Assembly (NCBI RefSeq): GCF_963506605.1
Contig: NC_083281.1
Span: 38,874,001-38,938,000 of the forward strand
Length of the DNA: 64,000 nucleotides
DNA from: Zootoca vivipara
Lineage: Eukaryota
Reading direction: 5' to 3'
The position numbers were made by a program, and so were the translations under genes. A model generated the notes under the pieces. The model searched no databases. It saw only the letters and a program-made list of their open reading frames with translations, and was not told the DNA's origin. This document shows, piece by piece, positions 11,901-23,749 of this stretch (position 1 is its first letter; each line of letters opens with the position of its first letter).

Positions 11901-13778
11901 GTATTTCAAGGACTTTAATAATTGAGCAGGATTCATTAATGAATCTTGGCGTATAGCAGCAGCAGTCTCAGACTGGATAAACATGTCTTCTGTACTTTTA
12001 ACAGTTTGCCACTGAAAAGTGTGTGTGAAATACTGGTATGAGCAGCATATGCATTGTGCAACTAATTCCGCCCAAGCTTAAGCTAGATCTCCAAAGTCTA
12101 GTGATAATAGCTCCACTAGGAATGCAATAAAACAACTGCAGTAGTTGGATTGCAGATATGTACCAACCACAGTAGTTACTGTTTTGACCAGTATGCCCAG
12201 GGTTTACTTGGTGTGGGATGGTAACCAGTAAGTGTGGATCTCTGCATAATTGGGTTTAATAGATATTTCTCACTTAGACCAGATGAATTGGAATAAGGCT
12301 GTGGGGTACATACTTAAATGCAGTGACAAACAGAAATACAGTACATATCCTAGGCAGTAACTCGTCTGCTGAAAATACCACCACTTTTGTCAGAGTGGCA
12401 TGATAAATAACAAAGTGCTTGCATTGTATTCCATTTTTAAACTCTTCATTCTGGTCTTTGAATACTTTTGATTTCTTACAAAAACTGACTTAAGAGCTCA
12501 GAAGTGTGGTGCCAGAATACATTATGCGTAATCTGCTAGGCGGTTCCGATTACTGGTGCTGTCAGGAGAGAAGCACTTCATAACCTTGTGGGGGAGGGAG
12601 GCTTTACTATACTGAGTGTGCAAAGCTTTTATTGGCTGCAGTCCCTCCCTGATAGCTGAACAGATGTTTGAGGATAGTTCGGCATTCAAACAATAACTGC
12701 TAATGATCTCCAGCTAATCAGGAAGGCCTATAGTCACTCATTCTAAATGGAGCCCAATATGAAGAGATTGTGCTTTTTTAGGTTTGTTTGGACCATTGGT
12801 TGTTTTCCACCATCACAGCTAGCAAGGTTGGAATCAACAGGTCAGTTGCAGATCTGCCTTTATGCCACTCACTGGGGTTAAGCAAATGCTGTGAGGGTGG
12901 TGGGATTGGGAGGGGGAGGAGAAAAGGGAGACTTTTCCCACTCTGGATTTTTGCATTAGCATGTGCCTATGAAAACCCATGGTGGTGTATATAAATTCCC
13001 CCAGACAAAACTTGGATTCAATCCCTGTACAATGTGAGATTTGGGAACGGATGACGGAAATAGCTAGTGATTGAAAAGAACATAAATTGTGTTGCTTTAT
13101 CCTAAAATGTGTGTTCCTTCCATTTTGCAAAAGTACTAAGCTAAGATGTGGACTTCAGGAAACTGGCACATTGTCTGGCTGGCAGTGTCTCTTACATCTT
13201 AAAGGGCTGTTTTAAGAGTTAGTTATAGGTGGAAAGGTTGTCTTTTCACTTGCTATATGCCCTTAATGAGACTGAAAAGGGAATTGGGGGGAATAGAGGG
13301 ACAACTGCAGAAAAAAAGTTAGAAAGACTGATAAATTCCAATTTCTGTTGTGAAGATTTCAGGAGACCGTTAGACTGGCCTTCCATTAGTTCAAATGACT
13401 ATTTGCTTCATGGGGTTGGGGGGTGTATGGCAACAATTCAGAAAAGCAACCACATAGTTGAATGCAATGGCTTTGCATCTGCACATAAGAGGTAACGTAC
13501 CTCTGGCTGCATATCCTTATGCTTAGGTTGGCAGTTGGGATTTAATTCATTCAGTCTAGTTGTGTTTGTTCACTATAATGTGTTTCAATATTTGAAATAA
13601 AGCATTCAGCTTCTACTTGTGCCCCATGCTACTTCCCAACAACTGAATATTGGTAGAATTTGTAATTTCCCCTCAGTTTGCTATTCCATAAGTTACTCTT
13701 ACGTTTAAACTTAAAACTTTGTTTTCAGAAACACTGCAGTCTGTATTCCCTTAGTAACTTCCGTTCTTATCCTTATAG

Positions 13779-13826
13779 GTGAAGTCAATACCAGCTGGGT
13801 GAAACTAGAGTGCTTCTGCATATGAG
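13779..13826 (+). CDS. SFPQ: Putative SFPQ alternative distal exon encoding VKSIPAG* (short-isoform C-terminus)
   Basis: Strong acceptor ttcttatccttatag|GTG and donor GAG|gtaagg; phase 0 after exon 9 gives ...GSDM-VKSIPAG* (TGA 13800-13802), the same length and V-[KR]-x-I-x-x-G pattern as the human short-isoform tail VRMIDVG. Confidence 0.7.
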
Positions 13827-14234
13827 GTAAGGCACTCAAATGAATGCATTTTCCTGTGACCAGGTGCTAAACACTTATGGATAGGGGCTGTTGATTGCTG
13901 AGATCAGACTTAAATGTTAACAATGATTAAGGGTTATTTGGGAGCATCTCCACCATCTGTCTACCCTTAAGATGAAGGAATCCGCCTATGCAGTCCTGCA
14001 CTTTCCTTCACCTGCACCATGGGCTGCAGGATCCTGCCACTTAGCTGATTTACACTGTGTGTTGTGGAGGTTTGACCTTTCCTTCTTGTATAAGCAAATG
14101 GATGGGGTCACAGAAAGAAAATGTGTTTCTGCCTGCTTTTGCTTTGACTGCCCTCTGCTGTTATGTAGCCCCCAACCATTTCCCCTGAGGAAAAATTCAG
14201 CCCTTTACTTGAAGAAGGTTGTCTACCCAATATA

Positions 14235-14549
14235 CAGTGGTACCGCGGTTTATAAACACAATTGGTTCCGGAAGTCTGTACTTAACCTGAAGCGAACTTT
14301 CCCACTGAAAGTAATGGAAAGTGGATTAATCTGTTCCAGACGGGTCCACGGAGTACTCAACCTGAAGCGTACTTAACCCGAGGTATGCGTGTATCCAGAA
14401 GTCCGCACTTAACCTGAAGCATACTTAACCTGAAGCGAACTTTCCCATTGAAAGTAATGGAAAGTGGATTAATCTGTTCCAGACAGGTCCGCGGAGTACT
14501 TAAACTGAAAATACTCAAACTGAGGCGTACTTAAACCGAGGTATGACTG
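14235..14549. mobile_element. Tc1/mariner (Tigger/pogo-like) non-autonomous element
   Basis: TA target duplications flank imperfect TIRs CAGTGGTACCGCGGTTTA...TAAACCGAGGTATGACTG; internal ~75-bp direct repeat at about 14281-14356 and 14424-14500. Confidence 0.75.
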
Positions 14550-15641
14550 TACCTTATATAATCTTTATCCTTCCTATTGTGCTATCTTGTTTCTTCCCTC
14601 TGACTTGGTCATTGGCTAGCAACACTAGAGATAGCAGCCCAAGAGGTAGCAAGTTTCTGTCTATTGATTGGTGCAAATTATGTACTATGTACTTGGTGTA
14701 TGGTACAGAATACTATTTCTGGGTTTTTTTCTTTACTTGATAAGTGTAAGCCTATTTTCTTAAAGCGATCAACTATGGTTTCAAATTAACAAATGTACAG
14801 TGATGTCTGTGGTGTTTATTCAGAAGTAAGTGCTATTGTGCTAAGTGAGACTTTCAAGCTTAAATAAATGGTTTGCTATCTATAATAAAATGTGTAGCAT
14901 TAAATACTGAGTGGGAATGTTGCTTTTACCCGTGCATTTGGAAATGGCTACTTAGTTGGCATTTTATGTTTGTAAGTCCCCAAATCAAGACACAGGTTGA
15001 CCATGATTTTAGAATCATTATCATGTATCACTTAAGAAATACCCTGTAAGGGAGTCTCCTGTGTTATATTGGTTCAGGGAGGTAAGGAAGAAATTCCAAT
15101 TGTTAGCTGTGACAAAAAAAAAACCACCTAAGCTATATACTAGCAAGGATCAGGAAATTCTCGCTTGATGCTAATAAAGTTACCTAAGGTTTGGTCATTC
15201 TTTAATGGTATATTTGTATGTGATATTTATTCTGTGACTTTCTTTGATTACATTAATTGTCCAATATTGAATGTTGATACTATAATGAATTGATAACTAA
15301 ATTTCATTGTATTGGAAGCATTTTCTTTCGAGTTAGAAGTGAAAAGAACTGAGAGTCCCTTGCCTAAAGAAGTGAAGTTTATCCCACCATTAGCCAGTAC
15401 CAAATTACCCTTAACGTACCTTCAGTGAAAAGCTTTGAAATAATGCCTATTTGGATTTTTTGTTAGTCATGTAGTAATTCAAACTTCCCTTTTTTACAGT
15501 AGAGCATTAGCCAGTAGGTCCCAGCACGATTGAATGAAGGAGAATGGAAAACCTTAACTATGCTATAGAGGTATGTAGTAGAATAACTGCAGCATAACTT
15601 TAAGACATTTTTACCGTAATTTGTTTTTGTAAGCAGCTGTA

Positions 15642-15996
15642 AGGTAAAGGTAAAGGGACCCCTGACCATTAGGTCCAGTCGTGACCGACTCTGGGGTTGC
15701 GCGCTCATCTCGCATTATTGGCCGAGGGAGCCGGCGTATAGCTTCCAGGTCATGTGGCCAGCATGAGAAAGCCGCTTCTGGCAAACCAGAGCAGCACATG
15801 GAAACGCCGTTTACCTTCCTGCTGTAGTGGTTCCTATTTATCTACTTGCACTTTGACGTGCTTTCGAACTGCTAGGTTGGCAGGAGCTGGGACCAAGCAA
15901 CGGGAGCTCACCCCGTCACAGGGATTCAAACCGCCGACCTTCTGATCAGCAAGCTCTAGGCTCAGTGGTTTAACCACAGCGCCACCTGGGTCCCTA
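15642..15996 (-). mobile_element. Full-length Sauria SINE
   Basis: Minus strand starts GGGACCCAGGTGGCGCTGTGG, has a B box GGTTTGAATCCC and ends in an (ACCTTT)n tail; 14-bp TSD TGTAAGCAGCTGTA at 15628-15641 and 15997-16010. Confidence 0.9.
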
Positions 15997-16326
15997 TGTA
16001 AGCAGCTGTACTAATTACTAATTCAAAACTATGCATGTGAAAATGCTGATAAGCATACAAACAGTGCCACTCAAGTAGAAGCATCCTTTGAACTGTGCTG
16101 CAGCCCTGTTATTCTGGAGGGGAAAATAGAGAGGTTCAGAATCTGGTAATGTAGCTGAAATGTATGTTTCTCTTAATATACTTGCTGTGTTAATTTGTAT
16201 CTGATATGCCAGGTTTTCATTTAATACAATAGATACTGAGGTTTAGCTGTTAAAACTTTGCTCTTGTTTTAGCTGTTGAATGCATACTGTTTCCTAGTGC
16301 TAAGATTCTAACTTTGTATTCCACAG

Positions 16327-16420
16327 GAGAAAGAAGCTGTTCCTGCATTTCAAAGGAAAGTGTACAGGGCTTCAGTTGCAGTCTCTTAAATTTTCAATAA
16401 ATTATTCAAACTTTGAAGTA
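16327..16420 (+). other. SFPQ: Putative non-coding distal terminal exon of SFPQ (3' end approximate)
   Basis: ctaac branch point plus tttgtattccacag|G acceptor; AATAAA at 16396-16401. Confidence 0.5.
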
Positions 16421-17584
16421 TGATTACTCTCCTTTATAAAAAGTTCATGCAGTGCTCATTTGAAATGCTTGAAAATACCAGATCTGGGGGAAAAAATGAT
16501 TCTTACTCAGGTTTATCAAGGTTTAGAAGTGCCAAACTTGAGTTATGTACTTTAAGTGAAAATCTGCTTCTAGTAGGCTAAGTAGGACATGATTAGGATT
16601 GTACTAGTAGAGGAAGTCCCACTGAATTGATTTGCAGAATGCTGCAGCACGGTTACCAACAAGAGTGTGATACCCTGTCAACATATTACATCTGGATGCC
16701 TATTTGGTACTAGGCCAGGTTCAAAGTTTTGCAATTGATATATAGATTGGGAACAGTTTACTTAAGGGATTGCGTTGTCCCATACATCACAAAGGAGCTA
16801 CCTTTGGTGTTAATAAGACCAGCGAGGCACACTGCTATATTGTGCTAGACACTTGCTGAAAACTTTTTCAGCAAGTCTGCCTGCTTCAACAGTCATGCCC
16901 CCCAAAAGAATCTTTGGAATTGTTAAGGGTGCTGAGAGGTGATAAGAGACCCCTTACAGAGCTACAGTTCCCAGGTTTCTTGGGGGGGGGGAATTAGAAC
17001 TCTTAAATGTGCTCTGAAATCCACACTGACTAGGGACTCATCACAACTGTCATACATTCAAAAGCACTTGGATCCATATCCATAAAGGCAGGAAGGCAGA
17101 ACATTGTGGAAATTGAACTACTGTGAATCACTTTGGATCCAGGTCTGTGGAACCTCTTGCACTTCCGAGTTACATATACTCTTCCAGGAAGGACTCTGAT
17201 CACCAGCTGTGTCCAAATGGGGTCTCCTGTGAGCCTAAATGCAGCAAGATTGATGTTATGGAAGCAAAGCAATTAGAATAATTTCCCCATCATTGTTGCA
17301 TGGGAGGAGACCATTCCTGTGTGCTGTTACTGGCATGGGCTGACAATAGTGCTTGCACCAAGAAACAAAATTTTGGTTTGAAATTTTGCCTGTAATCTTA
17401 ACATTTAGGAAATTCCTCATATAGCCCTTCACCATCTGCTCATTAAAGAATAGTGGGAGCCACTACCTTGTACAGTGGAGATTCTCCCAACACCATAACA
17501 TTCAAGTTGACTTAATAGGATGTGTTTTGGGGCAGCAGGGATAGCTCATGCTCTGGTGACCTTCTGTGTGAAATACAGTGATTT

Positions 17585-18060
17585 ATTATATGGGGTTGCC
17601 CTTAAAGGTGGTTCAGAGGCTGCAGGTAATGCAGAATGCATCTCCTAGGCTACTAAGTCGGACAGCCTGCTGAGACTATGTCACTGGTCCTGAGAACACC
17701 ACATTGGCTGCCAGTGAGATTCTCAAGGTGTTGGTGCTAGCAGATAAAGCCCTAAATCAGGCATAGGCAAACTCAGCCCTCCAGATGTTCTGGGACTACA
17801 ATTCCTGCCATCCCTAGCTAACAGGACCGGTGGTCAGGGGTGATTGGAATTGTAGTCCCAAAACATCTGGAGGGCAGAGTGCCTATGCCTGCCCTAAATC
17901 CAAGTATCGGTACCTGAAAGAGTACCTTCGTTAGTATCAACCATCTCGGACCCTACAATTGGCAGGTTGGGCCTTTGTGCTGGTGCCACAAGTGGGGGCT
18001 GCTTGGTTGGTGTTGACCTGTGATGGGGCCTATTCACTGGTGGTTCAGTATTTGTGGATT
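17585..18060 (+). mobile_element. Degraded L2-clade LINE fragment, interrupted by a MITE (boundaries approximate)
   Basis: Translates YMGLPLKVVQRLQVMQNA...HWLPV, typical of the L2 ORF2 C-terminus. Confidence 0.55.
17758..17891. mobile_element. hAT-type MITE
   Basis: TIR CAGGCATAGGCA...TGCCTATGCCTG, largely palindromic body, 8-bp TSD CCCTAAAT at 17750-17757 and 17892-17899. Confidence 0.85.
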
Positions 18061-21000
18061 GCTCCTAGTATAGGGTGGTCCAACTTTTCATATGAAGTGG
18101 GCCACAAGAATACTGCAGAACCCACAGGCTGCACACTGCAGGCGTGGGGTGGGGGAGTATGGCCAAGATTTAATGCCTCCCCCAAGCCCTCGCATCAAGG
18201 CTCTGGCAGGGTCCTAGAGCCCTCCTATGTCTTTCCCGAAGCTGGGAAAGCACTAACTGCTTTCAGAAGGTGGGAGGACTGTAGGACACGTCAGATTTAC
18301 GCCTCGGTCTCAAAGCCGAGCACCTCACCAGGCTTTGGAAACGCAGCAATGGGCTACCAAAAATGGCCTTGGGGATGTGTGTTTGATCATCCTGCCTTGG
18401 TGAGATGCACCTTAATAGGCTATCAAGAGGAATTTGAAAACTCTTTATCCAGGCATTTTATGACTAAAACACTTAGATTTTTTAAAATTTAACATTTTAG
18501 AATGTGTTTTTATAATGCACTTAAAAAAATACATTGTAGACGTACCGGTATTTTTAGCTAATGTTGCCTGTGCACGTTCTGGCTTTGTGTTCATCTTTTA
18601 AATTACAAAATATCAACACAAAATTGAACAGAACTTTTCAGGCTGTGTTTCTTTATTGAATTAGTCCCACAGCATTCCCTTCATTTTTATGAAAGCACAT
18701 TTTTTTGTTTTTGTTTTGGAAAAGTTACGCAAATGCCTAATAAAATGGGTTGGTTTGGCAATGTATTCTATTCCTGAGGGCAATCAAAAACACTGAGCCC
18801 CTCACGCTTTGATATTTTTGTGCAAACTGTGAGGCTCTTCTCCCACTTCCATTCACATTAGATTATTTTCTGTTAGTGCTGTGGCCATTTCTCTAGGAGG
18901 GAAGGGCTCCTGTTACAAAGCCTGTCAGCAAAATTAACCCCACACTGTTGCTCATAAATACTGCATAGAGTTCAAGTTTTGAATTATTGATCGTCAAACT
19001 TAGATCAGATGGAAACAAAGAGGAAAAAGCAGCTGGGGGTCATTCATAAATACGACTGCAGTTGCCCTCATTAAGAAGCCTAACCTGTGTGGTAGCGGTA
19101 ATGAAGAGAGACTACAGTGCCAATATTGTTTTTGTGGGCACAGGGAGGGCTCCATTGATCCCATGCCTACCTACACGCTTTTCCCATCTTGGTAGTTACC
19201 AGCCTGGCAGCTGGAAGTTAATGGAGAAGTGCAGCCGACTCCTTCCTCAGGTGAGTTTTCTTCTCTTACTGCTCTTCTACCTTCTCAGAAGCCTTGAGGT
19301 ATAGCTATACATTTCCATTTTATAAAATGAGGAACATTGGCTTTGCCTGCCATGTAAATGGATGGTTGTAAACCAAGAGACAAAGTTTCAAGGTAAAAAG
19401 TTGACACCAGAAATTATGATGCAACAGTATGGAAACAACTGTTGAGGACATGTCCTGGGGTTTTGGCACACTGCAGTGCCATTGAATTATAAACTTAGCT
19501 ATTCAAAATAAAATGTTCTAGAACTTCATTCTCCTGGAATCTTAAGATGATCATGGAGTACTAATGAATAGTAGCTCCCTACCTCCCTACAACAAAAAAA
19601 CCTCTGATGAGTCTTTGCTTTGGGAAAACTTGCAGGTAGCAGAACAGAAAACAAGTTCAGTAAGCAAAGCACCTGCCTTGTGCCCTTTAGTCCTAATTTC
19701 TCATTTGCCTGCTCCCCACAGTACTGCAGCTTCTCAAATCTAAATTTCAGAGCAATGAGTCTATGTGACATTCAGGTGGAGCAAATTCATTGCCGGTAGG
19801 GATGTCTCTGGTTCAGTACTCTGCCCCAGTTTCTGGAGGATAAGTTGTGTGAAAGGTATTTTAGAGAAGGGATAAACTGGTGGAAGACACTCAACATCCA
19901 TCATTCCTAACCCTTGGCTATGCTGCCTTAGGCTGATGGAGTCCAACAGCATCAGGAGGGCACTGTTGACAATCCGTGCTTCAGAAGAACCAGTGGTCTG
20001 GCTTTGTATAAGACAGTTTTGATGGAGACCACTAATGAAAAATGCAGGGACATATATTAGCATATTTTTTAATGGCTGCTTCAGTGTTTCCATCCAAAAT
20101 GTTTTTGATGATGAAAAGTGAGTGCACAGCCTTCATTATTTAATAGCTATATTTAAGTGTGATAGCTGAAACAACCCAGTCATTCCCTAAGTTGCCAGAG
20201 TTCAGGATTAAGTAATGGTTTTTAGGTTGTTAAAAATGTATTTATTGTTTATTTTGGAAAGTATCCTGCTCTTCAGCCAAAAAGGCTCCCTGTGCAGCTT
20301 ACATACAGTCCCTACCTGCAGGCTGCTAATCTAAAAAAACCATGACGAGGAAAATGGGACAGGAAGGGAAGAGGAAAATAAAATTCAAAACTTGGGCACT
20401 GCTCTTATAATGATCAGCTGGCACAGCGCAGGGGTAAGAGGTACCTGGTGGAGCTGGGCCCACTGAGGCTGACTTTTGAAGGGGGACAAAGTCTGGTGTT
20501 GCTGCTTAACCTAAACTAAAATTAGCAGTGGCCAGACTTCTTGACAAGTTTGCTGTTGATCATGCCTGAAATAGGAGGGTTCACTTGGTCAATCTTTACA
20601 GAAATTGTAAAAATACAGAGCTGCAGAACTCCAATATTCCAAACTCTTCACTTCAGTGAGCTCAGACTGCACATTTCCTTGTTTTATCCTTGCACAACAG
20701 GTCCAGGCTGAGACCTAGCCTAGTGAGTGACCCAATGCCACCCACTGATCTTTGTTATCTGAGCAGGGATTTGAACCTATGTCTCCACTGTCTGGAGTGA
20801 ACACACTCCTAAACCTTATATTGCCATCTTCACTGGGTCTACCTCTGAGGTCAAGACCAGGCATCAATGGAATGGCCAGACCCTCATTTTCATAAAGGTC
20901 ACAAGCCACACTGCCTATGTCACTTGGCTGCCTAAATCGGTAGTCTTACTAGAATCAGAATTGTAGAGTTGGAAGGGATCCCGAGAGTCATCTAGTCCCG

Positions 21001-22915
21001 ACTCCCTGCAATGTAGGAATCTCAACATAGAATTGTAGAGTTGCAAAGTTTCTGGGATTGGTGTACATTGCCAGTTGTTTCCAACAAGTGTTAGAAACAG
21101 ATATGAAAGCTAGGCACTAAATGGCCTCTTAAACCTAGGTTATGGGCACAAAAATGGAATGTCTAGGCGCACCTTTTTAATAACAAGAATACAAAGCTGA
21201 AAAATGAAGGAACTGCAGCTAAAATATTATGTTCATTTTTCACATGGTCCGGTCCTTCCCCTGCCCACCTCCCTAATATTCTTAAGAGGGTCTATTCTCT
21301 AGTTTCCAGATAGTAGCTGGAAGTGGGGAAGCAGAAAAACAACAACCTTTCCTTCCACTCTGCAGTTTTAATCTGAAATCTTAGGTGCAGTACTGCGCCC
21401 AGAGCTCATAAACTTCTCACGCTAATGAAATTCCCTGTCACAAAATGCGCCTAGAACAATGGGAGTTTCGAACACTGCTTCCAACAATCCAAACATTGAA
21501 ATTTCTTTTTAATTAACCAGAACAGGTACAAAGGCTGGAAGAATGTAAAACTGCCTTTCCTAGAGCTTCCTGCTGGACCAGTTCAGCCAAAAGGTGTTGG
21601 AGTTCTGAACAACCTCTCTTCTACTAGGAGGCCGGGCAGCTGCTTGAAGCAAAAATGCACCTACCTTCACTTTACCAGCCCTGTTCAGCTTGCTGTGAAG
21701 CCCTCTCCCTGCAAAGCTAGGTGTGATCTTCCGCCAGGATCTCGCAGGCTGGCTGCTCGCTCCACAATGCAGGACTTAATGGTCAGTGGGATGACCTGCA
21801 TATCATCATCATCATCATCTAGAGCAAACTCATCTTTGCTGCCCCAGATTACAAGACAAAAGAAAGAGATCCATGTTTATGTCCCCAATGGGAAAGTGTG
21901 TCCTGATGTTGAGTCACTGGATGAAGGTTTCTTGGAAGCGATGGACAATAAACCCAAATGATCCTGGCCTACAGGATTCCAGTTCCTGAAAAACATTCAA
22001 CTCCATAGCTAGCTGGGAATGGAGGGTGGGGGTTTGGAGGAATCTACGGTACTTTCTAGTGTGGTTTCAGAGTGGGTGTCAAGAGCAGGTCAGCAATAAC
22101 TCACACAGTGCCAGTGAAGTTAACTATTCAAAGTAATCAGCTCAGAAGGCCAGGCCTAGTGAGCACAGTAACTCATCATAGTAGATCTTGTACTTATGGG
22201 GCAGTTGTGGGGACTGAAGGTCGCTGCCTTCCCACAGCTCTTTGCCTCCTCTGGTTCCTTCCCAAACAGGGTGAGGTTCCTTCGTCTTGCTTGTCTTTGC
22301 TCTGCACTCTTGGAATATAAAAAACATACCAGTAATAAAAAACTAGACATTTAAAAGCTTCCCGTTACAGTAATTTCTATGGCAGGGTGGTTTCTGCTTG
22401 CACTAACACAGCCCTCTCCCAGCGACGGAGGAAGCTGCTCACTCAGGCTCCTGGGGCGGGGCGCACCCTGGGGCAGGGGCAGAGTCTTCCTGGAGTCTTC
22501 CTGTCTCCTCCCACTCAGCCGCCCTACAGCTGGGGGGGAGGCAGCGGGCGGATTGTCTGGGCAGCAAAGAACCTGCGTGTGCCAAAGCCACCATGTCTCT
22601 CGTGGCTCGGGGGTGCTGCAGACTCCGTGCTGAGTGCTGCCCGGCATTTTGCCACCCCCTGAGTGCTGACACCCGGGATGGCCCGCACCCCCTTTCCTCT
22701 GCCCCTGCCCTCTCCACCCAGTCAAGCAAAAGATTATCAAAGATCAAGGACACATACCTGCAAAACTTTAGAAGAGGATTGGGTAAATTCATGGAGGAGG
22801 AGGAGGTTATTTATTGATCGCTATTAGCCATCCACAACCGCTGGCAGTAATGCTTCTGAACACCAGTTGCTGGAGACCACAAGAGGGGAGTGTGCTCATG
22901 TGCTTGGATCTAGCT

Positions 22916-23101
22916 CAGGGGTCAGCAACCTTTTTTAGCCGTGGGCCAGTCCACTGTCCCTCAGACCATGTGGTGGGCCGGACTATATTTTGGGGGGAAT
23001 AAATGGATTCCTATGCCCCACAATTAACCCAGAGATGCATTTTAAATTGAGAAGGTGATTGGGCTGCATCCGGCCCACGGGCCTTAGGTTGCCTACCCCT
23101 G
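22916..23101. mobile_element. hAT-type MITE
   Basis: TIR CAGGGGTCAGCAACC...GGTTGCCTACCCCTG, 8-bp TSD ATCTAGCT at 22908-22915 and 23102-23109. Confidence 0.85.
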
Positions 23102-23749
23102 ATCTAGCTTGAGGCTTCCCTGCAGGCATCTGGCTAGCCACTGTGATAACCAGATGGGCCACTGGCCTTAGCCAGCAACCTCTTACGTTCTTAGTGTCTT
23201 TTCTTCATCACCAAACCAATTATTTCCAGTGATTAGGGAAAGCCACTCTGCAGGTGCTCAGAACTTCCGTCTTTGATATTGCACCTATTCTGAGGTCAAG
23301 ACCTGATTAGTCCTAAGCTTGCCACCTGCAACACGATGGCCAGTCCTTCACTGCCTGTGGAAGACCCCACCTGCAAACCCCCACATAAGTTAGTACAAAA
23401 TACATTTCTAGCACAAAACCTGCATATTTGCCAAGGCATTTCAAGCAGTTGGTGACTGTTTAAGATTGCTCTGTTGTTTTACTGCCTCTTTTAATTTGGT
23501 TTTGATGAATAACAATAATTTGTGTTTATTTTGCGACGAGTTACACTGTTTGCATCCTACCATGTATAAATTAGGGGTGATATTACATATAAAATGTATA
23601 TTTAAAGAGTAGAACCAGCGCAAAACTGGTTGGGACATAGTGTTCCGCTTTTACAACATTAAAATACTATCTGTAGGTGGTCTTGATTTATGATCAATTT
23701 TCTCCTTAAGCATCGTTCTTCAAAGAGAAGTCCTCAAACAGCTGAGAGC

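Noticed and set aside
17959-18492. 177-aa ORF
   Set aside because: Non-ATG start; overlaps degraded L2 and MITE sequence; no protein family features
21644-21961. 105-aa plus-strand ORF
   Set aside because: Non-ATG start, no recognisable domain and no plus-strand splice structure; may be the antisense shadow of a minus-strand exon
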